DNA of 63,983 nt, filler included, from Octopus bimaculoides (lineage: Eukaryota): the NCBI RefSeq assembly GCF_001194135.2. It is 9 parts of 6 records of this genome, joined end to end, with 100 filler letters (N's around TTAATTAATTAA, not from the genome) between each part and the next. Parts side by side here need not be neighbours in the genome. Positions count along the whole stretch, not along the records: positions 1 to 9,165 come from NC_068987.1; positions 9,266 to 23,995 come from NC_068989.1; 7 more parts are not named here. One strand, 5' to 3'. Of this stretch, positions 1-11,315 are shown in pieces (the first letter of the stretch is position 1; each line of letters starts with the position of its first letter). Below the pieces are notes generated by a model. The model was given only the letters and a program-made list of their open reading frames with translations, searched no databases and was not told the origin of the DNA. A program made the position numbers and the translations under genes.

Positions 1-298
1 ATATATAGAAGATAATATGCGTGAAAAAACTACAGAAGGCTTGTGTTAACCATGTAACACAAGCCTTCTGTAGTTTTTTCACTCTTATTATCTTTTATAC
101 ATCCAACCACGTGCTTTCACATACCAACTTTCTCACCTATATATATATATATATAGTAAGCCTTCGCTTAATATTATAAGTTAGCAAAATATGAGCGCAT
201 GGGAGGAAATACTTAGCGATATTGCTTCCAGCTCATTATGTTCTACGTTCGTATGGACCCCTTTGAGCAGTCCATAAAATAAAGCATCCGTGAAGCCC

Positions 299-550
299 TA
301 GGGTTGTTGATGCAATCGACTAACCGACTCCCTACAATTTCAGGCCTTGTCCTAATAATAGAAAGAATTGTTACTATTATTCGACTGACACTTACTTTAT
401 CGACACCGAAAGGATTAAAGGCGAAGTTGACTTTGTCTTTCATCCATTCGGAGTGGATAAATTAAGTACCAGTGGAGTACTAGGGTTGATGTAAGGGACG
501 TAACCCCTCCCTTAATATTTCAGGCATTGTGCCTATAGTAGAAAGGATTA
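299..550. mobile_element. SINE family A fragments in mixed orientation
   Basis: Contains GATAAATTAAGTACCAGT and AAGGCGAAGTTGAC segments shared with fuller copies at 3641 and 13761. Confidence 0.65.
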
Positions 551-990
551 TTGTTGTTGTTGTTTTTGTTGTTCCTTTTCCGTCACCCGCAAGATGCCAT
601 TTGCTATGTAAGTATAATCAGATTTTAGGACACCGTGATTATAGTTTACTCTGAGAAGTCATTGAAATTTCTCGATCGTGTAAATTTTGATGCCTAAAGT
701 TATAGATTTCGAAATCAATATTTCATTATCTAAGATAACGAGCTAAATAACTGATTCTGGTTATTGATAATTTGGATATTTGCAAAGTCTTTCGTTGCTT
801 AGCAGATGTGATTTACAAGGCCTTTCAAACGATAGAATTCCTTTATAGGAAGGGTCGTCTTCTCAGAGCAGGGAAATTCCAGGTTGTGTTCATGTTGGTG
901 TTCAAGTTATAGTGTGGATTAAACCAGATGACCTACCTGTGTGTAGTTTATTCTGATGTAGTGACATTGAGATGTACTCTACATAAACAG

Positions 991-1358
991 ACGCAGGAGT
1001 AGCTGTGTGGTAAGTACTTTGCTTACCAACCACATGGTTCCGGGTTCAGTCTTCTACTATAGCCTCGGGCCGACCAAAGCCTTGTGAGTGGATTTGGTAG
1101 ACGGAAACTGAAAGAAGCCTGTCGTATATATGTATGTGTGTATATGTTTGTGTGTCTGTGTTTGTTCTCCCAACATCGCTTGACAACCGATGCTGGTGTG
1201 TTTACGTCCCCGTATCGTAGCGGTTCGGCAAAAGAGACCGATAGAATAAGCACTAGACTAGCAGAGAGTAAGTTCTGGGGTCGATTTGCTCGACTAAAGG
1301 CGGTGCTCCAGCATGGCCACAGTCAAATGACTGAAACAAGTAAAAGAGTAAAAGAGTA
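991..1358 (+). mobile_element. tRNA-derived SINE family B, near full length
   Basis: A-box-like TAGCTGTGTGG, B-box-like GGTTCAGTC, body CTTCTACTATAGCCTCGGGCCGACCAAAGCC, internal TA/TG microsatellite, tail GAAACAAGTAAAAGAGTAAAAGAGTA. Recurs many times in the window. Confidence 0.85.
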
Positions 1359-1732
1359 GACTTCTAGCTAACTCATCGCTATAATAAGTAGAAGCCCTGT
1401 TAAATATATCCTTGTCTAGGAATTGACCCAATACTCTCTACGTGGCGTCATTAGTAATATATAATCTCTCGCTGGAAAGATATTCTCTCATAGCTTTGAA
1501 TTTTGAATTCAATCTTTATTCTGCACCGAATACTTTAACACGAACCCTAAAATGACTTAATTACCAATATAACGAATTTTAATACAAACACAAGCGTAAA
1601 AATATTTCCACGGAATGGAATGGAATATAATGTATTTATTATAAGAAACCAAAAATATAAAGAAACACGTCGAATTTTGTGAGGTTGGATAATTTCTCGT
1701 AGCCGTGGGGACGAGAGGAATGTCATAGAGTG

Positions 1733-1779
<47 letters not shown>

Positions 1780-2065
1780 AGGAAGGAAGGAAGGAAGGAA
1801 GGAAGGAAGGAAGGAAGGAAAAAAGAAGGAAGGAAAAAAGAAGGAAGGAAAAGAAGGAAAGAAAGAAAGAAAGAAAGAAGGAAGGAAAGAAAGGAAGGAA
1901 AGAAGAAAGAAAGAAAGAAATAATAAAAGAAGGAAGGAAGGAAGGAAGGAAGGAAAGAAGGAAGGAAGGAAGGAAAGAAAGAAGGAAGGAAGGAAAAAAG
2001 AAGGAAGGAATGAAGGAAAGAAAGAAGGAAGGAAAGGAAAGAAAGAAAGAAAGAAAGAAAGAAAA

Positions 2066-2109
<44 letters not shown>

Positions 2110-2200
2110 GGGAAGGCAGGAAAGAAAGAAAGAAAGAAAGAAAGAAAGAAGGAATGAATGAAGGAAGGAAGGAAGGAAGGAAGGAAGGAAAGAAAAGGGA
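1733..2200 (+). repeat. Polypurine (GAAA/GGAA)n compound microsatellite
   Basis: Directly visible. Confidence 0.95.
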
Positions 2201-2537
2201 ATTGTAGTAAAATTTATAATATAATTTATTAAGAATTCATACCTCATTATATTTACGAAAGAAAATACTATCAATATTTGTATATCTACTTTACATTTGG
2301 TTACCAGCATTCAAAGATATTGCATGGTTATGTTTTACTAAACTTAGCGATTTATCATACAGCTACATGTGATAAACTAACAAAAGGTCTCACTTCATTG
2401 TTTATTTAATGATTTTTTTAAATTTGTTTTGCGTATTATTTCATTTTAGAGAAGGAACCTCCCACCCCCACCGACACGTTACATTTCGCTTCTCCCTTTT
2501 GCACAAACAGTTATCGAAACTTTGAAACTTCATTGTA

Positions 2538-2749
2538 CAGGGTGTCCACAAAGTCTGGGTACATGGCGATTAACACATACTTTAAGAAATTATCATCTTT
2601 TATATTTAATTGTTTATGTTATGATTTTATTTACTTCATGTACCCACATGGGGATTAACACATGCTTTAAGAAATTATTATTTCTTATATTTAATCGTTC
2701 ATGTTATGATTTTATTTACTCCGTGTACCCAGACCTTGTGGACACCCTG
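2538..2749. mobile_element. Tc1/mariner-type MITE with ~26 bp TIRs and TA target duplication
   Basis: TA|CAGGGTGTCCACAAAGTCTGGGTACA ... TGTACCCAGACCTTGTGGACACCCTG|TA; one mismatch between the TIRs. Confidence 0.85.
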
Positions 2750-3400
2750 TATATTTTTTGCCAATGCGGACCACCATTCGGACTCATTAAAAAGACCTAG
2801 GATCTGTTGCATTCTTTGAATTTGCAGATAATATTTAGAAGCGACATAGTCAATAGTTTTAAATATTTGCTCAGCCATATTTTCATTTTACCAATTTAAA
2901 TAGTCTGAGAAAATGTAGACTTCTTATGCTTGTTTTCTTTTCAGTTTAGAGATAAAATATTAAATGTCACTTTTAATTTACGACCATTGAGAAAAAACTG
3001 CTTGTCATAATTAGTTTATGGGTTGATAGAATGTTTGAGATATATATCTTTGAACAGAGGTTTAGTATAGAAAGAATATTTAATTATAGTCCTATCTATA
3101 CGTTATTTTAAAACACACTCTAATATTCCAAACATTATATCGTCTGAACCAATTATCGCAACATATTCTCAAAATAGAAAATCAAATATTTGGCTGCAAT
3201 ATTACAGACCATACTCAAAACAATTTCAAACCGATTTCAAGACATAATAAAAGGAAAAGATTATATTATATCATATGCCAGTTGGTTTAATATACTCCGT
3301 CGGAAACAAATGAGAAATCGATAAGAAGAAACTCATTCAAAATTTGGAAAATGTAACGAAACGGTATATAGAATGGAAGCCGTTTATTACAATCACAGGG

Positions 3401-3590
3401 AATAACTCTTTCTCATTTAGGAATAAGACCTAAAATTTGGGGTTGAGCTTAGTCGATTAAAATGACAGTAATGTATGATTAGTATTTTATCGACGCCGGT
3501 AGAATCTGAACTCAGAACGTATTGAAACGGAAAAAAATGCCGCTAGGTATTTCATGCGATGTGCTAACGATTCTGCCAATATGCCGCGTT
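3401..3590 (-). mobile_element. SINE family A, degenerate
   Basis: Reverse complement of the GTTCTGAGTTCAGATTC B-box region and GGCAGAATCGTTAGCAC head. Confidence 0.65.
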
Positions 3591-3640
3591 AATCACTGTG
3601 AATAATGCTATTTACGTTGTCGTAATGATATATGATATCA

Positions 3641-3987
3641 TAAGGCGGCGAGCTGGCAGAAACGTTAGCACACCGGGCGAGAATGCTTAACGGTATTTCG
3701 TTTGTCTTTACGTTCTGAGTTCAAATTCCGTCGAGGTAGACTTTGCCTTTCATTCTTTCGGGATCAGTTAAATAAGTACCAGTTACGCACTGGGATTGAT
3801 GTAATTGACTTAATCCCTTTGTCTGTCCTGGTTTGTCCCCTTGGTGTGTAGCCCCTTGTGGGCAGTAAAGAAATAAGAAACGTTAGCACACCAGGTGAAA
3901 CGCTTAGTGGTATTTCGTCTGTCTTTATGTTCCGAGTTCAAATTCAGCTGAGGTCGACTTTGCCTTTCGGCGTCGATAAATTAAGTA
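3641..3987 (+). mobile_element. SINE family A, head-to-tail dimer
   Basis: TAAGGCGGCGAGCTGGCAGAAACGTTAGCAC...GAGTTCAAATTCC. The unit from AAACGTTAGCAC repeats at ~3877. Confidence 0.85.
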
Positions 3988-5109
3988 TAGAATAAATTAG
4001 AAAAATGGGAAGAAATTAAAGTATAATTTAAGTAAAGAACAGAACAAACTTTATTTATCTCGTAAAATACAGGTATTATAAATACAGTAAAATGAAGTAC
4101 ATTGCGAGGCAACGATGTATTTTTATATATAGTAGAAACTTTCTTTTATGGCAACTAATTAAGCAGTAATGTTTGTTATCACTTTTATGTGGTTGTTCTA
4201 TGCAGAACAAATGTTACTACATATTAACCAACGGGAAAACATCTTTTCCCGTTGGTTAACGGCACACAACTAATATCTATTTTATTGTGAGTAAGGGAAC
4301 AACCACTCCCACTCCAACACAGCAAGACCAGTAGACCAGCTGGTTTCTGAGTCCTCGGTACTGAACGCTTGCCTGCTAGAGATGGCAGCTATCCGTCCCT
4401 ACTCGCAATGTATAAACAAAGAAGGACAATCAGTCGCTGATCTTGTAACAAGCTAAGGAAGCTAGTTAAGAAAGTGCGCAAATTCCCTTCACTAATTGAC
4501 TGCATTTTCTTTTCTTTTTTTTTTTCTTTTTTTCTGGGTGCAGGTTGCTTGAAGGTTCCGGTTATTTGAGTACCGGATGCAAGGGAGTTTACTCTATATT
4601 CTTATCTTTATTACAGTTGAAGATAAAAATACCGTTTTTCCTTCACTAGTCTCAACCATTTTTCCATGGCTATGCTGGGTTATTGTCTTGAGGGTCTTAG
4701 TTGTGCAAGACTATCCCCAATATCAATTTATTTTAAGGTTTAATATCTATTTTATAGGCTATTTTACCAAACACCAAAGTTACGGGATGTAAATAAAACA
4801 ACACCGGATGACAAGCAGTGAGGTTTGACAAACAGTGGAAGGTCATAAACAATTGCATGTGTGCGCGCGCATACAGTATGTGTCTGTGTACGCGCGCGTG
4901 TGTGAGTGCGTGCTTTTGTGTGGTGTCTGTGTCTGTGTGTCTGTGGGTGGTGGTGTGGGGGTATGTGCGTGTATGTGTGTGTGTGTATAATGGTAATTAG
5001 TCTCTCGATCCGAGAAAGACGGTTCTGCAATGTCTACGCAGCACATAACCTCACTCCATATATCAAATCGACATTGCCTGTCTTCATGAACGATCTCAAT
5101 GTGGTCGCA

Positions 5110-5412
5110 GAGCCATGTCCAATGAAATGTTTTGGTCAAGAACACAACTCACCGTCCGGACTGGGAAGCGAAGCCATGGTCTCGCAATCGATAGTTCAAC
5201 ACTCTAACCCCACCGGTTTCACACCCTCTCACGCACACACATACACCCCACCCCAGTTTTAGTTTGTTTGCATCTCCATAGCCTAGTAGTTCAGCAAAAG
5301 ACAACCGATAAAATACGTGCCAGACTTTAAAGAACACAAGCACCGAGATCTATTTGTTCGACTAAATTCTTCAAGGCGTTGCTGTAGCCTGACCGCAATG
5401 TAATGACTGAAA
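5110..5412. mobile_element. SINE family C head (minus) plus family B 3' half (plus)
   Basis: AATGAAATGTTTTGGTCAAGAACACAAC matches family C. CAGCAAAAGACAACCGATAAAATA...TGACTGAAACAC matches the family B tail. Confidence 0.6.
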
Positions 5413-6185
5413 CACACACACAAACACACACGCGCGCACATATCTAAAATTTATATATCTACTTAATTCTGTGTGTGAGCCCATGTGCGCAAAACCAAGC
5501 GTAAGTGTGTGTGTTTGTTTGTTTATACGAGCGAGTGTACGTGCGCCAGGCCAGGTATGTGTGGGCGTTTGTACATTCATATCTACTAACGGTTATATCT
5601 AATAAGTTTTTCTCTGTATTGTATATTTATTTCCTTTTTTTTTTTTTCATGCATCTGATATTTTTAAGGAACTTCTATTAGTATAAAGCTGTATACCTTA
5701 ATTTGCCTTTTATATATACGAAGATCAAGTAAAAAAAATCTTGCGAAACAGAGTTTATTTTAACGAGATACCTCTTAAAATCAACTGAGGTGACACGTTT
5801 ACACTGACGGATACACCTAAACCAGATGTTGCATATCTCACCTGCGGAGGATCGGTGCTAGATGGGTCGAAACAACAGTAGTGACCAATAAAGACTCTCC
5901 TATTTTCTATCACCAGCTCAGTGTTCGTTGGGTATGTACCCAACGAACACAGAACCGGTGAAAGTCTTTTACTGGCAAACTACCTGGTGTATACCCACGA
6001 TTTATTAAGTAATACATACATACATACATGCATACATATAGTCAATATGAGGATACTTACACCTCTTATAAGGATATTTTAACATATATTTAACATATGG
6101 TTTAACATATATTTTAAAGAGATATTTCTTCAATGAATACATGTAAAGTAACGTAAAATATCAAATATTATCGAGTCTGAAAACA

Positions 6186-6560
6186 GAGAGATCTAATAGA
6201 TACAAATTAATTCATTAATTAATTAACACATTCACCAACAATTGTTTCATTTCACAACGAAAATTCAAACTACAAAATGTATATAAATATATAATTTTGC
6301 ATTTTAAAATACCTTGGATGGAAAATCATCAGGGTGCACAAAGGACCATATAAGGATTGCATCACGATCCGTTATTCAGGATATATAGCCATGTTTATTG
6401 CCCTTTGTGCACCCTGACGATTTTCCGTCCAAGGTATTTTAAAATGCAAAATTATTTATTTACATACATGGTTTAGTTTTAATTTTGGTGGTGAAATGAA
6501 ACAATTGTAGGTGATTCTATTAATTAATTAATAAATTAATTTGCATCCATTAGATCTTTC
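6186..6560. mobile_element. Foldback/MITE-like element with ~159 bp imperfect inverted arms
   Basis: 6186-6344 is the reverse complement of 6402-6560, e.g. ATTTTGCATTTTAAAATACCTTGGATGGAAAATCATCAGGGTGCACAAAGG vs CCTTTGTGCACCCTGACGATTTTCCGTCCAAGGTATTTTAAAATGCAAAAT. Confidence 0.8.
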
Positions 6561-6574
6561 TACCTTTTCCCCTT

Positions 6575-6785
6575 CCACAATATTTCATTTTCATGGCCAG
6601 CAATTTTGAGGGCGAAGTATAGTCTATTACACCGACCCCAGTTCTCAACTAGCATATATTTTATCAATCCCGAAAAAAAAAAAAATATGAAAGGCAAAGT
6701 CGACCTCGCCGGTATCTGAACTCAGAAGAAATGTCGCTACTCATTTCGTCCGACATGCTAACGAGTCTTCCAGTCCACCACCTTA
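6575..6785 (-). mobile_element. SINE family A
   Basis: TGAAAGGCAAAGTCGACCTCGCCGGTATCTGAACTCAG matches the family A reverse complement. Confidence 0.7.
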
Positions 6786-8016
6786 CTTTTCCGCAATAAT
6801 TCAAATAAAGATGATATGTTCTGCTTATAATTATGTATTAATTCACACCATGTAGCTAATATATCTATGTTTTCATTTTAGGCAGAAAGAAGAAACTTAA
6901 TTCATGTATAACTTACTTAAAAATAAAATAAAACACATGGCGAAAACTATCAAAGATTGAAAAATAAGAGAAATAACATAAAGAAAAATACTTCATATGC
7001 CGACGAAGATAAAACATGGAGGCGCTAAGCCTCGTTTAAAAAATTATATATTCTTAACAATATGCAAATTTTGTTTATGTACTATTGATTACCGCGATGA
7101 ATGATATGATAATTAACACTTTGTTGGCATGCTTGTAAACTACGTGTTAACTTCAAATTTCCCGGTGGACTACAGATCTTATCAAATTTTTAAAGCAAAG
7201 AATTTTCAAAAGCCGAACTGTGCGCTAGATGAAAGCTGCGATGTAGGAACTGTCTGTACAATGAAGCTTGTTGACTCGTGATAAAACTAACAATAGACAG
7301 TAGCTGTGCACTGAAGACAAAATTCTCTGCATAAAACAGATAGTTAAAATTGATATTTGAAAGTTTGCTTCACTTTTGTTTCAATTTTATGTGTTTCAAT
7401 ATATCATTTTTGTTTTGTTTTAATTATGTTCTCTTTTATTTTATTATTAGTCTTAAACATTATATTTGCTTATTTGTTCGCTTTCCGATGAGAAACATGG
7501 CATCTTAGATCGAAATAAGACGAGAATAACAATAAAAGAAAGGAATAAATAAAATTTTAAAATGTCTAAAATGTTGTTGGTACAAGCTGAAAGTAGTAAA
7601 TAGGTGCTTGTTGATTCTATAGGCGGCAACCAGTACAAAAGAAGCATCAGCTGATTACTTCATTGTCCAAACAGCTGCTCCAAAGTTAATTAATCAAAGG
7701 CAAGGTCGAATGTTTCACAGTAAATGAAGAGGAATACGTATTTCGGAGACGTTTAAAGACTGGTAAATGTTAAGAGACTGAAAGAGGGAGAAGAAGAAAC
7801 CGCTGAAAGAAAGGAAAAACAACACGTAGAAAGGTAAAGGTGAGAAAATGTGGTGAAACCAGGAAAATAGAACGAAAAATCAAGAAATGAAGAAGAAGAA
7901 AATAAGTTCACAGTTCTGTGGCTAGTAGTACTATTTCTGAAAGGAAGTGTATTGATGTGTAGTCTACATACTACACACGTACATTCACACACTTATACAC
8001 ACATGTAATGTGTATG

Positions 8017-8080
<64 letters not shown>

Positions 8081-8642
8081 CATGTATGTATGTATGTATG
8101 TATGTATGTGTGTATGTATGTATGTATGTATGTATGTATATGTGTATGTGTGTGTGTATGTCTGTGTGTGTGTGTGTCTGAATAAATATGTATATGTGTG
8201 TATCTAAGTATGCATGTATGTCGGGATAGATTGGTGTATATATATTTGTGTATGCGCAAAACGTGTTCACTCGCAGAGAAAAACATATTTAACTATCGGT
8301 GAGTCTTTATATTTAATTACATAGATCTATGTGCGAGCGCGCGTGTGTGTGTGAGTATGTGTGTGCCTGCATGTGCGCGCACGTTTGTAATCTTTCACGT
8401 CATAAAGGTAACATCATAGACTTAGAATTGCTACATAAAAACAGTAATTTTAAATTAACTACACTTATTTAAATACACTTTGAAAACAATCCCAATTTAG
8501 CTGCTCAACCGTGTTTACATATTCATGGAGTTCCACTCTGGTATATTCAACCACACAACGTGGTTACAGAACGGAGTGATACAAAAACAATTGCAACAAA
8601 TAATAAATTGGTGAGATATTTATTCATTCATTCATTCATTCA

Positions 8643-8760
8643 TTCTTCTTCTTCTTCTTCTTCTTCTTCTTCTTCTTCTTCTTCTTCTTCTTCTTCTTTT
8701 TCTTCTTCTTCTTTTTCTTCTTCTTCTTCTTCTTCTTCTTCTTCTTCTTCTTCTTCTTCT
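8643..8760 (+). repeat. (TTC)n microsatellite
   Basis: Directly visible. Confidence 0.95.
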
Positions 8761-9031
8761 ATCAACAGTTACACTTCGAAATATATGCTCCATTTTATCA
8801 ATTAGTGACTTGGAGTTCCTGCAATCATGGAGTTCCAATTTTTTCTCGGAGTCAAACTATGAGAGTGAGGACAGGCAACAATCCCTGATGCAATAGAAGT
8901 ACATCGATTTTCTACTCTGGCAGGACTAACACAATCCCTGCATATATGTGTGTGTATGTGCATGTGTGTGTGTATACATCTCTCTCTCTCTCTCTGTAAA
9001 TATATATATGTATATATATTACACATATATT

Positions 9032-9121
<90 letters not shown>

Positions 9122-9165
9122 ATATTTACATATATGCATATATATACATATATATATGTGTGTAT

Positions 9166-9265
9166 NNNNNNNNNNNNNNNNNNNNNNNNNNNNNNNNNNN
9201 NNNNNNNNNTTAATTAATTAANNNNNNNNNNNNNNNNNNNNNNNNNNNNNNNNNNNNNNNNNNNN
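9166..9265. other. Assembly gap marker: 44 N + TTAATTAATTAA + 44 N; the 12-mer is also at 24040, 27957, 39421, 44779, 47211, 60995 and 62746
   Basis: Identical 12-mer with stops in all six frames, always embedded in N runs; technical, not biological. Confidence 0.93.
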
Positions 9266-9386
9266 TACATTGCTCCATGGCTAGATTTAATTTGCGTATA
9301 CAAATTTAATCTACGATCCATGGGACGAGCCGTTTTAACGATGCGTCCTGCCCAAGCTCGTCGAAACGCCGGTGTTAAAACGTGGG

Positions 9387-9535
9387 TAGCTGATGAAGTA
9401 GAATGTTCTCTATGTGGCTCGTGTGTTCTCGTCTACGTTTGTTTGCAATGTCCTGTACCCAGATATGCACCTATACATACAGGTGGATGTCGGTATGCAC
9501 ATACCTGTACGTATATATGCATACACTCATTTACT
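9387..9535 (+). mobile_element. Dispersed repeat family E (CTGATGAAG-containing); near-identical inverted copy at 44878-45026
   Basis: About 150 bp match with only a few mismatches by eye. More diverged relatives at ~21690-21890, ~23680-23890, ~45590-45690, ~61095-61260 and ~61985-62165. Confidence 0.75.
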
Positions 9536-9579
9536 ATTTGTTTATATATATATATACATACATACATACATACATACTA

Positions 9580-9712
9580 CTAGCTTCTTTCAGCTTCTGT
9601 CTACTCGTAAAGCTTTGGTGTGCTACGCAGTGGGGCTAAACCCAGAGCATGTAGTTGGGAAAGAAGCGTTTTACCCCACAGCCACGCCTGGGCTTAATAT
9701 GTTCAATTTATA
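9580..9712 (-). mobile_element. SINE family B 5' half
   Basis: GCTTCTTTCAGCTTCTGTCTAC...CGCAGTGGGGCTAAACCC...CCACAGCCAC is the reverse complement of the family B head. Confidence 0.65.
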
Positions 9713-10364
9713 CCACATTTCGCCAGATTTTTTTCTTTTTTTTTTTTTTTNNNNNNNNNNNNNNNNNNNNNNNTTTTTTTTTTTTTTTTTTTTTTTGCAT
9801 TGTCGGAAAAATATGTTATGCAATTGACAGGAATCCACATCATCTGCTTATGCAAATAAATCGCTCGATTTTAATATTAATTTGGTGGTCAGCGATTTCA
9901 CGTTTCAAAAATGTATGCATTTAACCGATATATGCAAATAGCCATTATGCAATTATGCAGAATCTCCTACAGACGCACACACACACACATTTGTAAAAAT
10001 GTGTGTGTGATGGCGGAACTGACTGACAGCTGATTCTTAACCCAGGTGGCGCCTATTGTTTATAAAACGACGCCCTTCTCCCACTTGTCCTTGTCACTGC
10101 GGCCCAAACTACATACATACTTTTCACGTTGTTTACAGGATTGCCTGTAAGTATGTGTATGTAATGTACGTATTCATGCCCATGTATGTATGTATGCATG
10201 CATGTATGTATGTATGTATGCATGCATGTATGTATGTATGTATGTATGCATGCATGTATGTATGTATGTATGTATGCATGCATGTATGTATGTATGTATG
10301 TATGCATGTATGTATGTATGTTTGTATGTATGCAGGCATGTATGTTTGTCTGTATGTTGGCATA

Positions 10365-10418
<54 letters not shown>

Positions 10419-11084
10419 GTATGTGTAGACATAGTTATATGAGTCAAGTGTATCTATACGTGTACGCAATATTCATTCTTCTCTTTGTATGCTGTGTCAG
10501 AATCTCTGGATGCATATTTAGGTATTTGTAACGAAGCATCTATTTATATATGTGTAGGAATGTATGTATGTTCGGACAGAGAGAAACACAAACACGCGCT
10601 CGCTTGCACACACATACATTAATAAAATATATATACATGTTTTCATAAACAACCATATGTTTATATGTAAACTTACATAAGCATAGATATGTATGTATGT
10701 GTGTCTGTGTGTTGATGTGAAATAATTCCCTTTTGGAATGATGGATCTCGAAACAGATAAAGCTATGCATAATAGCATAGCAATGAGTACCCACCCCGAG
10801 GAGGTCTAATATAGATCGAAACGACGTGGTCTGGTGGGCTTGAAGACAAGGCGGCAAGAGTTATCTCGCGCTTGCGAGAAGCGCATGCATAAACCAGCTG
10901 GAGGAGATGTCTTCCTGGGTTTAAATGGCAGTATCGGGGTCTCTTAGAGGACAGCCACATTAAAGTGGCCATAAGCAATACTACATGTAAGAATTCTTTC
11001 ACATTAACTTGAAGTTTATAAGTTCTTATGACGTCAACCAACATACAATTATCGCTGGTAAGAATATAGTTCTGAATATCAATG

Positions 11085-11315
11085 GAAAGGCAAAGGCCGA
11101 TACGGCTTGGCACCAGAGACGTTGCTCCTCACCTCTACAGCTGAGTGAACTGGAATAATAAGAATTTATTTGATCTATTTTATTTTATCAACCTCGAATG
11201 GATGAAAGCGAAGTTTATTTCGGAGGGATTTGAACTCAGAATCTTAGGAACCGTTACTTTATAATCACAAGGCATTACCTCCTTTAATCTAATGATTCTA
11301 GCAATTTACCATCGT
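11085..11315 (-). mobile_element. Family C fragment joined to a family A fragment
   Basis: GGCCGATACGGCTTGGCACC...CTACAGCTGAGTGAACTGG (as at ~21000), then GGATGAAAGCGAAG...ATTTGAACTCAGAA. Confidence 0.55.

Noticed and set aside
1723-2310. K/E/R-rich and F/L/S-rich ORFs, and all YI/VC/HT/MYVC repeat ORFs
   Set aside because: Translations of microsatellites, many with non-ATG starts.
5755-5943. Minus-strand ORF with a CAG|GTGAGA donor-like site at 5842/5841 as a possible Prrx exon
   Set aside because: No homeodomain or OAR similarity in any frame; the donor-like bases are explained by the hammerhead stem I/core on the + strand.
7717-7763. ATGAAGA-GGAATACGTATTTC-GGAGACGTT hammerhead-like string
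   Set aside because: Core broken at C3 and in GAAA, with no proper stem I; at most a dead relic.
9210-9221. TTAATTAATTAA recurring eight times
   Set aside because: Always centred in N runs and has stops in all frames; a scaffolding marker.
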